A DNA stretch of 64,000 nt from Malacoraja senta (taxonomy: Eukaryota), in the NCBI GenBank assembly GCA_038087875.1, contig CM075991.1, positions 1,302,001 through 1,366,000 on the forward strand, written 5' to 3'. Positions 40,001 through 52,054 of this stretch are shown here, piece after piece. The translations under genes were made by a program, and so were the position numbers. The stretch's first letter is position 1. The number at the start of each line of letters is the position of its first letter. The notes under the pieces are model-generated. The model did not search any database. It was not told where the DNA came from and saw only the letters and a list, made by a program, of their open reading frames with translations.

Positions 40001-41330
40001 GGAATTACAGACCAGTTAGTCTAACATCGGTAGTGGGGAAACTGCTAGAGTCAGTTATTAAAGATGGGATAGCAGCACATTTGGAAAATGGTGAAATCAT
40101 TGGACAAAGTCAGCATGGATTTACGAAAGGTAAATCATGTCTGACGAACCTTATAGAATTTTTCGAGGATGTAACTAGTAGAGTGGATAAGGGAGAACCA
40201 GTGGATGTGTTATATCTGGACTTTCAGAAGGCTTTCGACAAGGTCCCACATAAGAGATTAATATTCAAACTTAAAGCACACGGTATTGGGGGTTCAGTAT
40301 TGATGTGGATAGAGAACTGGCTGGGAGACAGGAAGCAAAGAGTAGGAGTAAACGGGTCCTTTTCAGAATGGCAGGCAGTGACTAGTGGGGTACCGCAAGG
40401 CTCAGTGCTGGGACCCCAGCTATTTACAATATATATTAATGATTTGGACGAGGGAAATGAATGCAACATCTCCAAGTTTGCGGATGACACGAAGCTGGGG
40501 GGCAGTGTTAGCTGTGAGGAGGCTGCAAGATGTCTTGGATAGGCTGGGTGAGTGTGCAAATGCATGGCAGATGCAGTATAATGTGGATAAATGTGAGGTT
40601 ATCCACTTTGGTGGCAAAAACAGGAAAGTAGACTATTACCTGAATGGTGGCCGATTAGGAAAAGGGGAGATGCAACGAGACCTGGGTGTCATGGTACACC
40701 AGTCATTGAAAGTAGGCATGCAGGTGCAGCAGGCAGTGAAGAAAATGAATGATATGTTAACATTCATAGCGAAAGGATTTGAGTATAGCAGGGAGGTTCT
40801 ACTGCAGTTGTACAGGGTCTTGGTGAGACCACACCTGGAGTATTGCGTACAGTTTTGGTCTCCTAATCTGAGGAAGGACATTCTTGCCATAGAGGGAGTA
40901 CAGAGAAGGTTCACCAGACTGATTCCTGGGATGTCAGGACTTTCATATGAGGAAAGACTGGGTAGACTCGGCTTGTACTCGCTGGAATTTAGAAGATTGA
41001 GGGGGGATCTTATAGAAACTTACAAAATTCTTAAGGTGTTGGACAGGCTAGATGCAGGAAGATTATTCCCGATGTTGGGGAAGTCCAGAAGAAGGGGTCA
41101 GTTTAAGGATAAAGGGGAAATCTTTTAGGACTGAGATGAGAAAAACATTTTTACACAGAGTGGTGAATCTCTGGAATTCTCTGCCACAGAATGTAGTTGA
41201 GGCCAGTTCATTGGCTATATTTAAGAGGGAGTTAGATGTGGCCCTTGTGGCTAAAGGGATCAGGCGGTATGGAGAAAGCAAGTACAGGATACTGAGTTGG
41301 ATGATCAGCCATGATCATATTGAATGGCAG
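36828..41330 (+). mobile_element. Near full-length CR1 LINE (ORF1 zinc-finger/coiled-coil/esterase; ORF2 APE+RT), disrupted
   Basis: ORF1 from ATG 37290 (CxxC, HICxxC, VVVHIGTND); ORF2 ~38483-41240 (NARSI, ITETWL, MGDFN, SDHN, KFADD); antisense in CIAO1 intron 2. Confidence 0.93.
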
Positions 41331-41559
41331 TGCAGGCCACTCCATTCTCTCAGCATATGACAGTCCTGCCATCCTGGGAATTAACCTTGTAAACCTACGC
41401 TGCACTCCCTCAATAGCAAGAATGTCCTTCCCATGTTCCCAGGCGCAGATTCCACATTCAAAAGTTATTCTTCTCTTAACATCGTCAAGTCCAGTCATGT
41501 TACAGTCCCGATACAGGATCTCGACCCAAAACGTCAGTATCACAGGATGGCTGCGCTAC

Positions 41560-41708
41560 CTCGAATCCGTCCTGGTTCTTCCTCCAGATGCAGGTGGTGG
41601 CGTCGAAGCTGACCGAGGCCAGGTAGCCGCCGCAGGGCGACCATGCCGCCTTGCGCACAGTGCGCTGGTGCCCGTCCTCTAGCAGCCACCGGCAGACCCA
41701 GGAGGTGC
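41560..41708 (-). CDS. CIAO1: CIAO1 exon 2
   Basis: ttacag|GC...GAG|gtagc; (G)[49 protein letters not shown]. Confidence 0.95.
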
Positions 41709-42240
41709 CTGTAACAGAGAGAGAGACGCCGGTGGGTAAGGTGGTCAACAAGAGCTCCCGGCCCCCTGCCCTCCTCTCCCCCTCCTTCCCTCACCGCCGG
41801 CTGAGGAACTACCCCCGGCCCCGGGCCGCCAGGGCTCTCCCCTTTTGTTTTATATACAAATACTTGTATTCAGAAAATAAAAACAAACATACAGAGTATT
41901 AACACGATCAAAGGCTGCCTATATTGAGTTTACAAACAAACAGTCATCAAATTAATATATCGCCAACTTTATCAACAATACACTCGACCTCCCGCGGCGA
42001 CCAGCGGTCACGGAAGGTCTGCAAAGTCCCCGTGGACACCGCCTGTTCCCTCTACAGGGACCCGCGGGCACGGCCATGGGCCCGGTAAAGGGGCAGGCGG
42101 GCAGGCAGGCAGGCAGCCGACCCCGGTGCGGCCGTCCACTACCCGCCGCCTGGCCCCATGTTGGACAGGACAGGACAGGCCCAGTAGCAGCTCCTGCCCG
42201 CCGGCCATCCGCGCCCTCCCGTATGTCGGTCGCCCCGCAC

Positions 42241-42379
42241 CTTCTCGTGCCCATATCCTGACGGCGCGGTCGCCTCCACAGGACGCGAGCAGTGATCCGG
42301 TCGGGCTCCAGGCGACCGCCCAGGCCCGGGAATCAGGATGCGCGGAGAAACGCGACGCCAGCTCCAGCCGCCGATTCAT
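42241..42379 (-). CDS. CIAO1: CIAO1 (WD40 cytosolic Fe-S assembly component) coding exon 1
   Basis: ATG at 42379; [47 protein letters not shown]|gtgcg. Confidence 0.93.
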
Positions 42380-42624
42380 GTCGGCGCCAACTCGCCGCCG
42401 CTGGTTGGTGGGAGGACCTCCCCGGAGCCGAGCGCCATTGGGCGGCGGCGCCATCAAACAAGCCCCGGGTAGCCAATCGCAGGTCTCGGTGCACTAGCCC
42501 CGCCCGGGTGACGTCATGTCCGGTGTGCGCCAGATCGGTTCCGCCGGGTGAGGGAAGAGCCGCCAACACCAACACCGACACCGACCGATATCTGCGACTT
42601 GTTGCCCGGTCAAGGCGGTCCAGG
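42380..42624. promoter_or_regulatory. Bidirectional CIAO1/TMEM127 promoter within a CpG island (~41550-43000)
   Basis: Divergent start codons 245 bp apart; ATTGG 42437-42441, CCAAT 42473-42477, GC box GCCCCGCCC 42497-42505, palindromic CRE TGACGTCA 42509-42516; CpG-dense. Confidence 0.8.
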
Positions 42625-42860
42625 ATGTTACGGGCCATCGGGTTTATCGGGGGCGCGCAGGCGGCCGGGCGCCGGGGGCGCGCTCCCCAAACACACCGAG
42701 CGGAGCCTGGCGTCGGCGGTACCGGGCGCACTTTCGGTGACGGCCTTGTGCACGGCGCTGGCGGAGCCCGCCTGGCTGCGCGCTCACGGCGGCGTGTGCC
42801 CGCGGCAGGAGCTCGGCGTGGCCGATGTACTGGGCCACCTGGACTCGGCCCTGCTGGAAG
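42625..42860 (+). CDS. TMEM127: TMEM127 coding exon 1 (apparent extra T right after ATG)
   Basis: ATG T TAC GGG...: [79 protein letters not shown]|gtgag. Confidence 0.88.
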
Positions 42861-45724
42861 GTGAGGACAGGGCCGGGCAGGGCGGGGTGGACCGGACCGG
42901 AGGCCGCGTCCGGGGGTGAGCGGGTTGGGTTCGAACCCATTGCCACACTCGGTGCCAGGACTGGCCGCCTGGGATCTGACTCCTGACGGGCCCACGTTGC
43001 GACCAAGCTGCAATACCGGACAAGCCCCATTTCCCTACATTTGGCCCATATCCCTCTAAACCTTTCCTATCTTATATCGATCCAAATGATTTTTTAAAAC
43101 TTGTAATTGTATTAACTTCTATAGCTTCCTGTGACAACTATCGTCTTTTAAAACTTACATTTGGACAGCTTTAATCCGTCAACTGGAGCACTCTTGTCTT
43201 CCTGTTTAACCACATTCAAACCACCGAAACTAATATGGAGAAACTCAAGATTTCCCTTGAATCAAAAGAACACAAAGTGCTAGAATAACTCACAGGTCAA
43301 GCTGCATCTGTGGAGGACATAAATAGGTGACGTTTCGGGTCAGACCCACCTTTGTCTTTCATTTCCTTCTTTCTCAAGTCGGTTTTCATTTACCTTTCTC
43401 TAATGGGCGACAGGAGGCGCAGTGGAAATACAAGATTATGTCATAATGTCTACACTATGCTAAATTTCAATTCTTGATCATTTTCAACTTCTAAAAAACC
43501 ATTAAGCCCAACACATCATTGATAACATTTCGTCACTTGAATAATCTATTGTTACAATAGAGAATAAACCAATGTTATATCCTGCCATGTCTGCTAGATT
43601 TATGTCTCAAATTCACCTGATAGGCTTTGTTCACAGATCACAGGACCCAACCGTTCATCAAATTTTCTGAACTGCACTTTCCCCCACTCTCCTCTGAACT
43701 CTCCAATTCTTGAGAGTTATAGAGTTGTACAGATTGGCTCACCTTATCTATGTCGACCAACTTGGCATACTGGGCTGGTCTCATTTCCATACATTGGCCC
43801 ATTTGCCCTCCGAACCCTTGCTATCCATATATATGTCCAAATGTCTTTTATGTTTACTTGTACCCGCTTTTATAGCTTCCTCCAGCAGTTAGATATTGAG
43901 TAGATATAGATATTCCTGATATAGAGTATCCTCTGAGTGAAACAGTTGCCCAGAGGTCCCCCTTAAATATCTCCCTCACCTTGATTCTCTGCCCTGCAGT
44001 GTTCCCAGTCATGTATAGAACAGATTACACTGGAAAAGGCACAGAGGGAAATGTCAGCACTGGAAATTTTTAACCCTGAGGAAATGACAGACAGGCAAAC
44101 CTTGTTTTCTGTGTAAATGGGAGGCTGGGTGAGACTTAAATTAGAAGCAGGAGTACGCCATTTAGCCCCTTGTACCTGCTCCACCATTAAGATATTTTAC
44201 CGCTGCTATTTTCTACACAAACCCCTTGTTTCCCTGAATATTAAAAATAAAATCAATGCCTATGCCCCACAGTCTTCTTAGGTAGAGAAATCCAAAGTTT
44301 AGTTACCCTCTGGTTGATGAAGTTCCATCTCATCTCTGTGCTGAACACCTCACTTTGAGACTGTAATGCCTCAAGCTGGACAAAACATCTTCATCGCATC
44401 TACCCTGTTTAACCCAGTAAGATTTTTTGGGTTTCAATGATTTTAATCCTCACTCTTCTAATCTCCTTAGAATATAGGCCTAGTTTGTTTTACCTCCCTT
44501 CAAATACTCACTATTCCAGTAATAATCTCATGACTTTGTGACCTCTCTTTTGAAAGTACTATGTTCTACATCCCTTGGATAGACAGACCAACATACAATA
44601 TTTTATGTGTGGTCTCTCCAGGTCCAGGTATAATTTCAGTAAGATATCTTTGGGCTTGCTCTGATTTGCAACGAAGAGCAACTTACTACTGGCTTGCCTT
44701 ATCTGTATGTTAACGACTGTAATTTATTTTTAATCAATGTCCATTTCTTTCAGCTCCTCAGTCACTCATAACCTGTGTTCTCCACTATTGCTAGGAAGTT
44801 TATAAAATGATGACGGCCTTAAAGTCCTAAATTGAGGGGGGAAAAACAAGGGATTTAAATTTATATAGTTGTCATTCTTAAGAGATTTATTCATCCAAAG
44901 GGCGATTGCGAATTGGAACTCGCCACTGAGAGGCTGAAACACTCATCATATTTTCAAATTTGAAGAGCTATGGTCGATAAGACCATGGAGCAAGTATTTG
45001 CAGGTGTGATTAGCTTAGGAAGGAACTGCAGATGCTAGTTTACACTGAAGATAAAAAACAAAATGCTGGAGTAACTAAGCGGGACAGGCAACATCTCTGG
45101 ATAGAAGGAATGTGTGATGTTTCGGGTTGAGACCCTTCTTCAGACTGAGTCAGGGGAGAGGGAGGGATATGGAAGAGTAAGTTGTGAAAACGAGACAAAC
45201 TTAGCTAGGGGAATGCGACAATGAAGCATACATAGATAAAATTTAATCAGGAATGGTCAGAATGGTTGGAGAACTAGGATGGGGGAGGGAGAGAAAGCGA
45301 GGGTTACTTGAAGTTAGAGAAGCAGATGGAGGCACAAGCAACTGCAAATGCTGATTTGCAAAAAAGAAACGCAAAGTGCCGGAGTAACTCAGCAGGTCAG
45401 GCAGTATCTCTGGAGGACCTGTCTTCAGACTGATTGTGGTAGTGGGGAGAAATGTGGAGGTGAGACAAAGACTGGCAAGTGATAGGTGGAGACACAAATA
45501 TATACACAAAGTGCTGGAGTAACTCAGTGGGTTAGTCTGCATCTCTGGAAACCATGGATAGGTGATATGTTGGTTTGAGACCCTTCTTCATATGTGATAG
45601 GTGCATACAGGTGAGCTGGGGTTTTAATGACAGACAAGTGGACAAAGGCTCGAAATGAACTGATAAAAGTATGTAAGATAAGGAGAGAAGAGTGAAATGT
45701 GAAACCAGAGGAATATAGGTGGAA

Positions 45725-46790
45725 AACATAGAAACATAGAAAGTAGGTGCGAGAGTAGACCACCAGGCCCATCGAGCCCGCACCGCCATTCGCTCATGGC
45801 TGAACACTAAACAGACACCCTTACCCACAAACAGTAGACACAGAACACAAGACACTACCCTCCCCTTTATATCGCTATCACCCCTCTCCACCCCAAGAAC
45901 CGCGTGATCTCCTGGGGGAGGCAAAAAACCGGATAAAAACCCAGGTCCAATTCGGGGAAAAAATCCGGGAAATTCCTCTCCGACCCCAATCCAGGCGATC
46001 GACACTTGTCCAGGAGATCACTCAGGTCTTACTATACTAACCATACCTAGGTCCATATCCCTGCCCTCTCCCCGTAGCCCCTTATCCCCTTGGCAGCTAA
46101 AAAACCATCTATTTTAGATTTAAATATATTTAATGTTTCTGCTTCCACTGCTCCCTGGGGCAGTGAATTCCATAAATTAACCACCCTCTGGGTGAAGAAG
46201 TTCTTCCTCATCTCAGTTTTAAAAGAGCCCCCTCTTATTCTACAACTATGTCCCCTAGTTCTAGTTTCCCCGATCATTGGGAACATCCTCGGTGCATCCA
46301 CCCGATCAAGGCCCCTCACGATCTTATATGTTTCAATGAGATCGCCTCTCATTCTTCTAAACTCCAAAGAGTAGAGTTCCAGCCTACTTAACCTTTCCTC
46401 ATATGTCAATCCCCTCATTGCAGGAATTAATCTTGTAAACCTTCGCTGCACTGCCTCCAGGGCCAGTACATCCTTTCTTAAGTATGGACCCCAGAACTGT
46501 ACACAGTATTCCAAATGTGGTCTCACTAATACTGTGTACAGCTGCAGCAAGACCTCCGTGTTTTTATACTCAATCCCCCTAGCAATAAAGGCCAAAACTC
46601 CATTGGCCTTCCTGATTGCTTGCTGCACCTGCATACTAACTTTTAGTGATTCATGTACTACTACCCCTAGATCCCTTTGCGTTGCATTACAATGCAGCTC
46701 CACCTCATTTAGAAAATAACTTGCCCTATCATTTTTTTTCCCCAAAGTGAATGACTTCACATTTATTAGTATTAAATTTCATCTGCCAAG
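45725..46790 (-). mobile_element. Young-looking CR1 3' fragment
   Basis: Open 237-aa frame 46047-46760 (QRDLGV, RPHLEYCVQFW, RVVNLWNSLP); (TTTCTATG)n tail. Confidence 0.9.
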
Positions 46791-47137
46791 GGGATGTGTA
46801 GCTTTTTTTCAACTGGCAGAATGGCCTCCCATGTTATAAATGTGCTATGCTTTCACCAGCTTACATACACATGGTGCCTATGAAAGTGCATGTGCCATGT
46901 TGAAGACATTTCTGCAGGTCTAATCTGAATTGGGGTAAATTCCCAAATTTAAAATGACACCAATTGTTTAATTTTGAAATTAACTATATTCGTTATAAAA
47001 ATGTCAGAATGTGGTTTTTACATTATTTTTTGCCTTGCTGGTTCTATGGAAGATTCTTGTACATATTTTTGTTACGGCTGTAATTTGATGTGTGTGTGTG
47101 TGTGTGTGTAGCTTAACCCTATCTTTGTTTTCTGCAG

Positions 47138-47302
47138 AATATTGTATGAATTCTCAGACTGTGCTGCTACTGCGGGTCATCAGTGCCTTCTGTTTCCTGG
47201 GGATTATTTGCAGTTTGTCAGCCTTCCTCCTTGATGTGTTTGGACCAAAACACCCAGCGCTGAAGATTACCCGCAGATATGCATTTGCACATATTCTTAC
47301 AG
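47138..47302 (+). CDS. TMEM127: TMEM127 exon 2
   Basis: tgcag|AA TAT...ACA G|gtctg; (E)[54 protein letters not shown]. Confidence 0.96.
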
Positions 47303-47801
47303 GTCTGTTGAAGTAAAACAATTTGTTCTTACATTATTATCGAAGAAGGGTGTGGCTTTATTTTTAGTCTTGCACAATCATTTTGAAAGTGAAACAACAG
47401 CAAAATGCTGTGGGCATGTTTAAAAGAAAAATATCTATGTTTAGGCAGTGAATTGTTGATTCATTGTTAAATAATGAATAGTCCATCATTATGGACTCAT
47501 CCTTCACATTATAAGATATGTTTCTGTTTTATATGCAGTTCGATGTAGTATTAACATGTACAAATTCCCCACTCACTATTTCTTACATCATCTAGGCTAA
47601 TGGATAGAAGTACAAGAAGTGAAGGCCTTTAGAGTAAATCATCTTTAGACATTGTGGATATTCCCTCTTAATTGTAATGGCTTTTGCTGCTATCTATTAT
47701 ATTTAATGCAGTCAAACCATTGTTTGATTCAATGGGAGAATTCCAGGGGATGCACCCTGCCATATATTCTGCTCCACTCACCAGCTTTCTTTTCATTCCA
47801 G

Positions 47802-48107
47802 TTCTCCAATGCGCCACAGTGATAGGGTTTTGTTACTGGGCGTCAGAGCTGATCTTGGCACTTCAACAGCAACACAAGAAATATCATGGTTCTCGTGTCT
47901 ACGTGACCTTTGCAGTCAGCTTTTACTTGGTGGCAGGAGCTGGAGGAGCGTCCATCTTAGCAACAGCTGCTAACCTCTTGCGACACTACCCAACAGAGGA
48001 AGAGGAACAAGCACTGGAACTGCTGTCAGAGATGAGAGAATGAACCATACCCAGTCGAATACGAGATTGTTAATCAGTTCCAACCTCCCCCTGCATACAC
48101 ACCTTGA
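47802..48107 (+). CDS. TMEM127: TMEM127 last coding exon (apparent 2-nt loss near 48035)
   Basis: ccag|TT CTC; (V)[77 protein letters not shown], then [23 protein letters not shown] in a shifted frame. Confidence 0.92.
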
Positions 48108-49262
48108 TCAACAGGACATATTACCATTTTTCACCTTAAATCTGTCTTCGATTTTTTGAACTTGTACCTTATTCAATAGAATTCAATTAGAATGGTTGCC
48201 TTCAACCTCCCATCATTCACGCAGTTTAGCTCAACGATTGCTGGTGTATTGGGGGCAAGGAGCTGCAATCATCTTCAAGCCCAAAGTTTGTCGATTGCTC
48301 TTGCTGTACCCCAAGCGACAATAGGAGCCTTTTGCAACTGGTTGAGGGGAACGTTCCATGTAAGCAAAATACCTGTTCACACTATTTAATGAGGCAGCAT
48401 CTTAAATTGTACAATTTAAATTTCAAGCTTGTAAATATTAAACTTTTTTGTGCTTTTAAATAAATTAAAATCGTGGCTTCGATCACTCAATTATGCTTTA
48501 TTTCACAAACATTTAAGTGATTAAAAAGTTATATTATTTTAAAGAATTAAAAGTAACATTGGATTTTAACTGGCAAGTATATTTTGCAATACCACAAGGA
48601 TACTGTCTCTGAACCATTGTTCTTATAGTGTTGGCTTATTTTCTCATATTCTCTCACTCACTGTTGTACAGTGGCTATGTCTTAATGCCAGGATATATTT
48701 TTCTGTCATTCCATTAAAAGGTGCCAGTCCTGAGCTTAAGAATACAAAGTGCTGGGTGCCCAAAATATCACTTATCCACATCCTCCAGAGATGCTGCCTG
48801 ACTTACTCCAGCAATTTGTGTTCTGTGCAAGATTCCAGCAGCTGCAGTTCCTTGTCTATTTCAGCTTAAGGGAACATCAGGAATTGTTAGAGGGGGTTAC
48901 GAGATAAATCTATATTGTGAACAGCTAAGTGATTGTCAGATGGTGTGACTGACCATTTACGGTTATAATATTTAATGTTTGACTATTGCCTTTGCTAGAA
49001 GTCTATTACCCTTCCCCTCATGTCACTTCAAGAAGAAGAAAGCACTTTATCAGTTTAATTTTAGAAAAGAAAAATAACTTACATTTATATGGCGCCTTTT
49101 AACAGGGCAAAACATTCAATACGCCTCACTTCAAAAGATTAAGTGAACAATATCTGAGCAATTTTATATATTAAGTACGATGGAATTATAGAAACAGAAA
49201 AAAAATCTGAATTTTGATTTTCAGCTCACACAACTCAAAGCAGCTAATTTTTAACATATCAA

Positions 49263-49640
49263 GCGGCAGCAGTGACAGCTGTTAGAGCTGCTGCCTCACA
49301 GCACCAGATACCCGGGGTCTGAAGAAGGGTCTCGACCCAAAACGTAACCCATTCCTTCTCTCTAGAGATGCTGCCTGTCCCGCTGAGTTACTCCAGCTTT
49401 TTATGTCTTATCTTCAATCCTGACAATGCGTGCTTCTGTGTGGAGTTACATTCTCCCCGTGATCCTCTGGATGCGCCGGTTTCTTCGTACATTCCAAAGG
49501 CGTGCGGTTACTTGGCCTCTGTAAATTGCCCCTGGTGTGTAGGGAGTGGATGAGAAAGTGGGATAACGTAGAACTAGTGTGAATGGGTGATTGGTGGTCG
49601 GTTTGGACAGTGCCCGTTTCCACGCTGTGAATCAATCAAC
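49263..49640 (+). mobile_element. V-type SINE interrupted by a Penelope pLTR (~49317-49415)
   Basis: SINE head and V-domain flank ctgaagaagggtctcgacccaaaacg... Confidence 0.7.
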
Positions 49641-50559
49641 CAATGTGAAGAAATATGAACACCAACGTCTGGCATTTGGTTCTGATAGCAAAAACTTAGT
49701 GGATTAATGAATCCAATGTGAAGATATTCAATGAGATCCATCTGCTACAAAACAATTAATGAAGCTGGAAGTGAAATAGGAATTTTCTCATTAAGCTATT
49801 TAAATCAATCTACCAGTTAAAGATGAAATGAAAATTTTACATTTGAATTAAGATGGCTGGTCCCATGGGCCAATGGCAATGGAGGCCAAGTCTTTGGGTT
49901 TCTTTAAAACAGGTTGATAGGTTCTTGATTAGTAAGGATGTCACGGGTTAGAGAGAAGGCAGGAGAATGGGGTTTAAAGAGAAAGATAGATCAACCATAA
50001 TTGAATGGTGTAGTAGACGTAATGGACCAATTGGCTTAATTCTGCTCTTTTGTCTTATGTGGTTATTTCCATGAGCGATTTTGGTAGCTTATGTACTAAA
50101 TGGGACTTGTTATTAATAGAAATGTGCTGTCATCTCACATGCATTTTTTTTCTGCATAGTGAACTAAACCAGTCCCAGGGGGGGTTTAGCATCGTCTGCA
50201 GGTCAATGCTGATTCTTCCAACTCTGCATTGATGGATGCTGGCAGAGCAACTGATCAAGCCTAGTTCCGGTGCATTCTCCAAAGCCATTCTCCTTTTATA
50301 CCTTTAGCCACTTTAAGCATTGAAAGTTGGAGTGTGATTATTTAAGCAAGAAACTTTCAGCAATAGTTAGTTGACACAAATGATATGTGCTCAATGCCTA
50401 ATCTCTGGCAGGGATTACAAACCTACCAACAAAAGCACAATTAAGAGCATGAAACTGCAGTCTAACAGAGCTGTGAAGTCACCTTTTGATAAACACATCA
50501 TACTGTCAATAGTATGGATTTCCCAAGCAAGGAGTCATTGTAATAACATTTGTCACATA

Positions 50560-51287
50560 TTAAGTAGGCATGCAGATGCAGCAGGCAGTGAAGAAAGCGA
50601 ATGGTATGTTAGCATCCATAGCAAAAGGATTTGAGTATAGGAGCAGGGAGGTTCTACTGCAGTTGTACAGGGTCTTGGTGAGACCACACCTGTAGTATTG
50701 TGTACAGTTTTGGTCTCCTAATCTGAGGAAAGACATTCTTGCCATAGAGGGAGTAGAGAAGGTTCATCAGAATGATTCCTGGCATGTCAGGACTTTCATA
50801 TGAAGAGACTGGATAGACTCGGCTTGTGCTCTCTAGAATTTAGACGATTGAGGGGGGATCTTATAGAAACGTACAAAATTCTTACGGGGTTAGACAGGCT
50901 AGATGCAGGAAGATTGTTCCAGATGTTGGGGAAGTCCAGAACAAGGGGTCACAGTTTAAGGATAAGGGGGAAGTCTTTTAGGACCGAGATGAGAAAAACA
51001 TTTTTCACAGTGGTGAATCTCTGGAATTCTCTGCCACAGAAGGTAGTTGAGGCCAGTTCATTGGCTATATTTAAGAGGGAGTTAACCATATAACCATTAC
51101 AGCACGGAAACAGGCCATCTCGGCCCTTCAAGTCCGTGCCGTTAGATGTGGCCCTTGTGGCTAAAGGGATCAAGGGGTAAGGTGAGAAGGCAGGCACGTG
51201 ATACTGAGTTGGATGATCAGCCATGATCATATTGAATGGCGGTGCAGGCTCGAATGGCCTACTCCTGCACCTAATTTCTATGTTTCT
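50560..51287 (+). mobile_element. CR1 3' fragment, same subfamily as 36828-41330
   Basis: Near-identical to 40710-41330. Confidence 0.85.
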
Positions 51288-52054
51288 AAGAATATGGTAC
51301 AGGTGCATCTTCTGCTATCATGCATTTCTAAAACACAAATTGATTATAAACATTATTTTGATTCGGAACTAGAGAAATTAATAAGCAAAAAAGAAGTATC
51401 CTGGATTAAAATAGTATGAGGGGATTGGTGGTGGGAGAAAGAATCAGACCTATCGCCATGTAACTTTCCCATTCTCTTAAGAACACAGCTGGTGCTTTAA
51501 ACCGTGGGTGGGCCATTCGCCATTTAAATTGACAGGCAATCGCTTCTGATATAACATTGCGAGTCTGAAACTCTTGCCCTTAACTCTCACCCATCAACAC
51601 AATTCTCTTCATAACAAGATTTTCTGTAACAAGGTTACCGAGGAACACAATTATCAAGTAGTAGAACTACCCAAACTCAAACTTGCACATAAAATTCTAA
51701 CAAAGGCAACAGCAATCAAGAAAAACTATTGAAATTCTAGAAGTGTGCCAAACCTTTTACACATTGTACATTAAACTAAAAGAACCAGACCAAAAAGCTT
51801 CTAATGAATTCTACTGTGGAAAGATAGCCTGAAGCCTGCATTTGTACAGCCGATGACTTGTAATAAATGTTGTATGTTGCGTCATGGTGAGTGGCATTTG
51901 TCAATACCAGTTCTACAATTAATTCCGATGCTACGTTGGGTGAGGGGGGGAGGGGCAAGGTATATCTCCATCTTTTCTTATTCCTCTTTCTCTGCTGCAC
52001 TGCTTTGGTAGCTTAGGGGATTTTTATCGTCTTTTCTATTCTATCCTTTCATCG

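Noticed and set aside
42008..43030. Multiple long ORFs around the promoter, including an upstream extension of the CIAO1 frame
   Set aside because: CpG-island artefacts. Only the CIAO1 and TMEM127 frames match known proteins, and ATG 42379 aligns with the known N-terminus.
27484..48107. Calling CIAO1 and TMEM127 pseudogenes
   Set aside because: Splice sites and protein sequence are conserved on both sides of each indel, and all indels fall at homopolymers, so assembly error is more likely.
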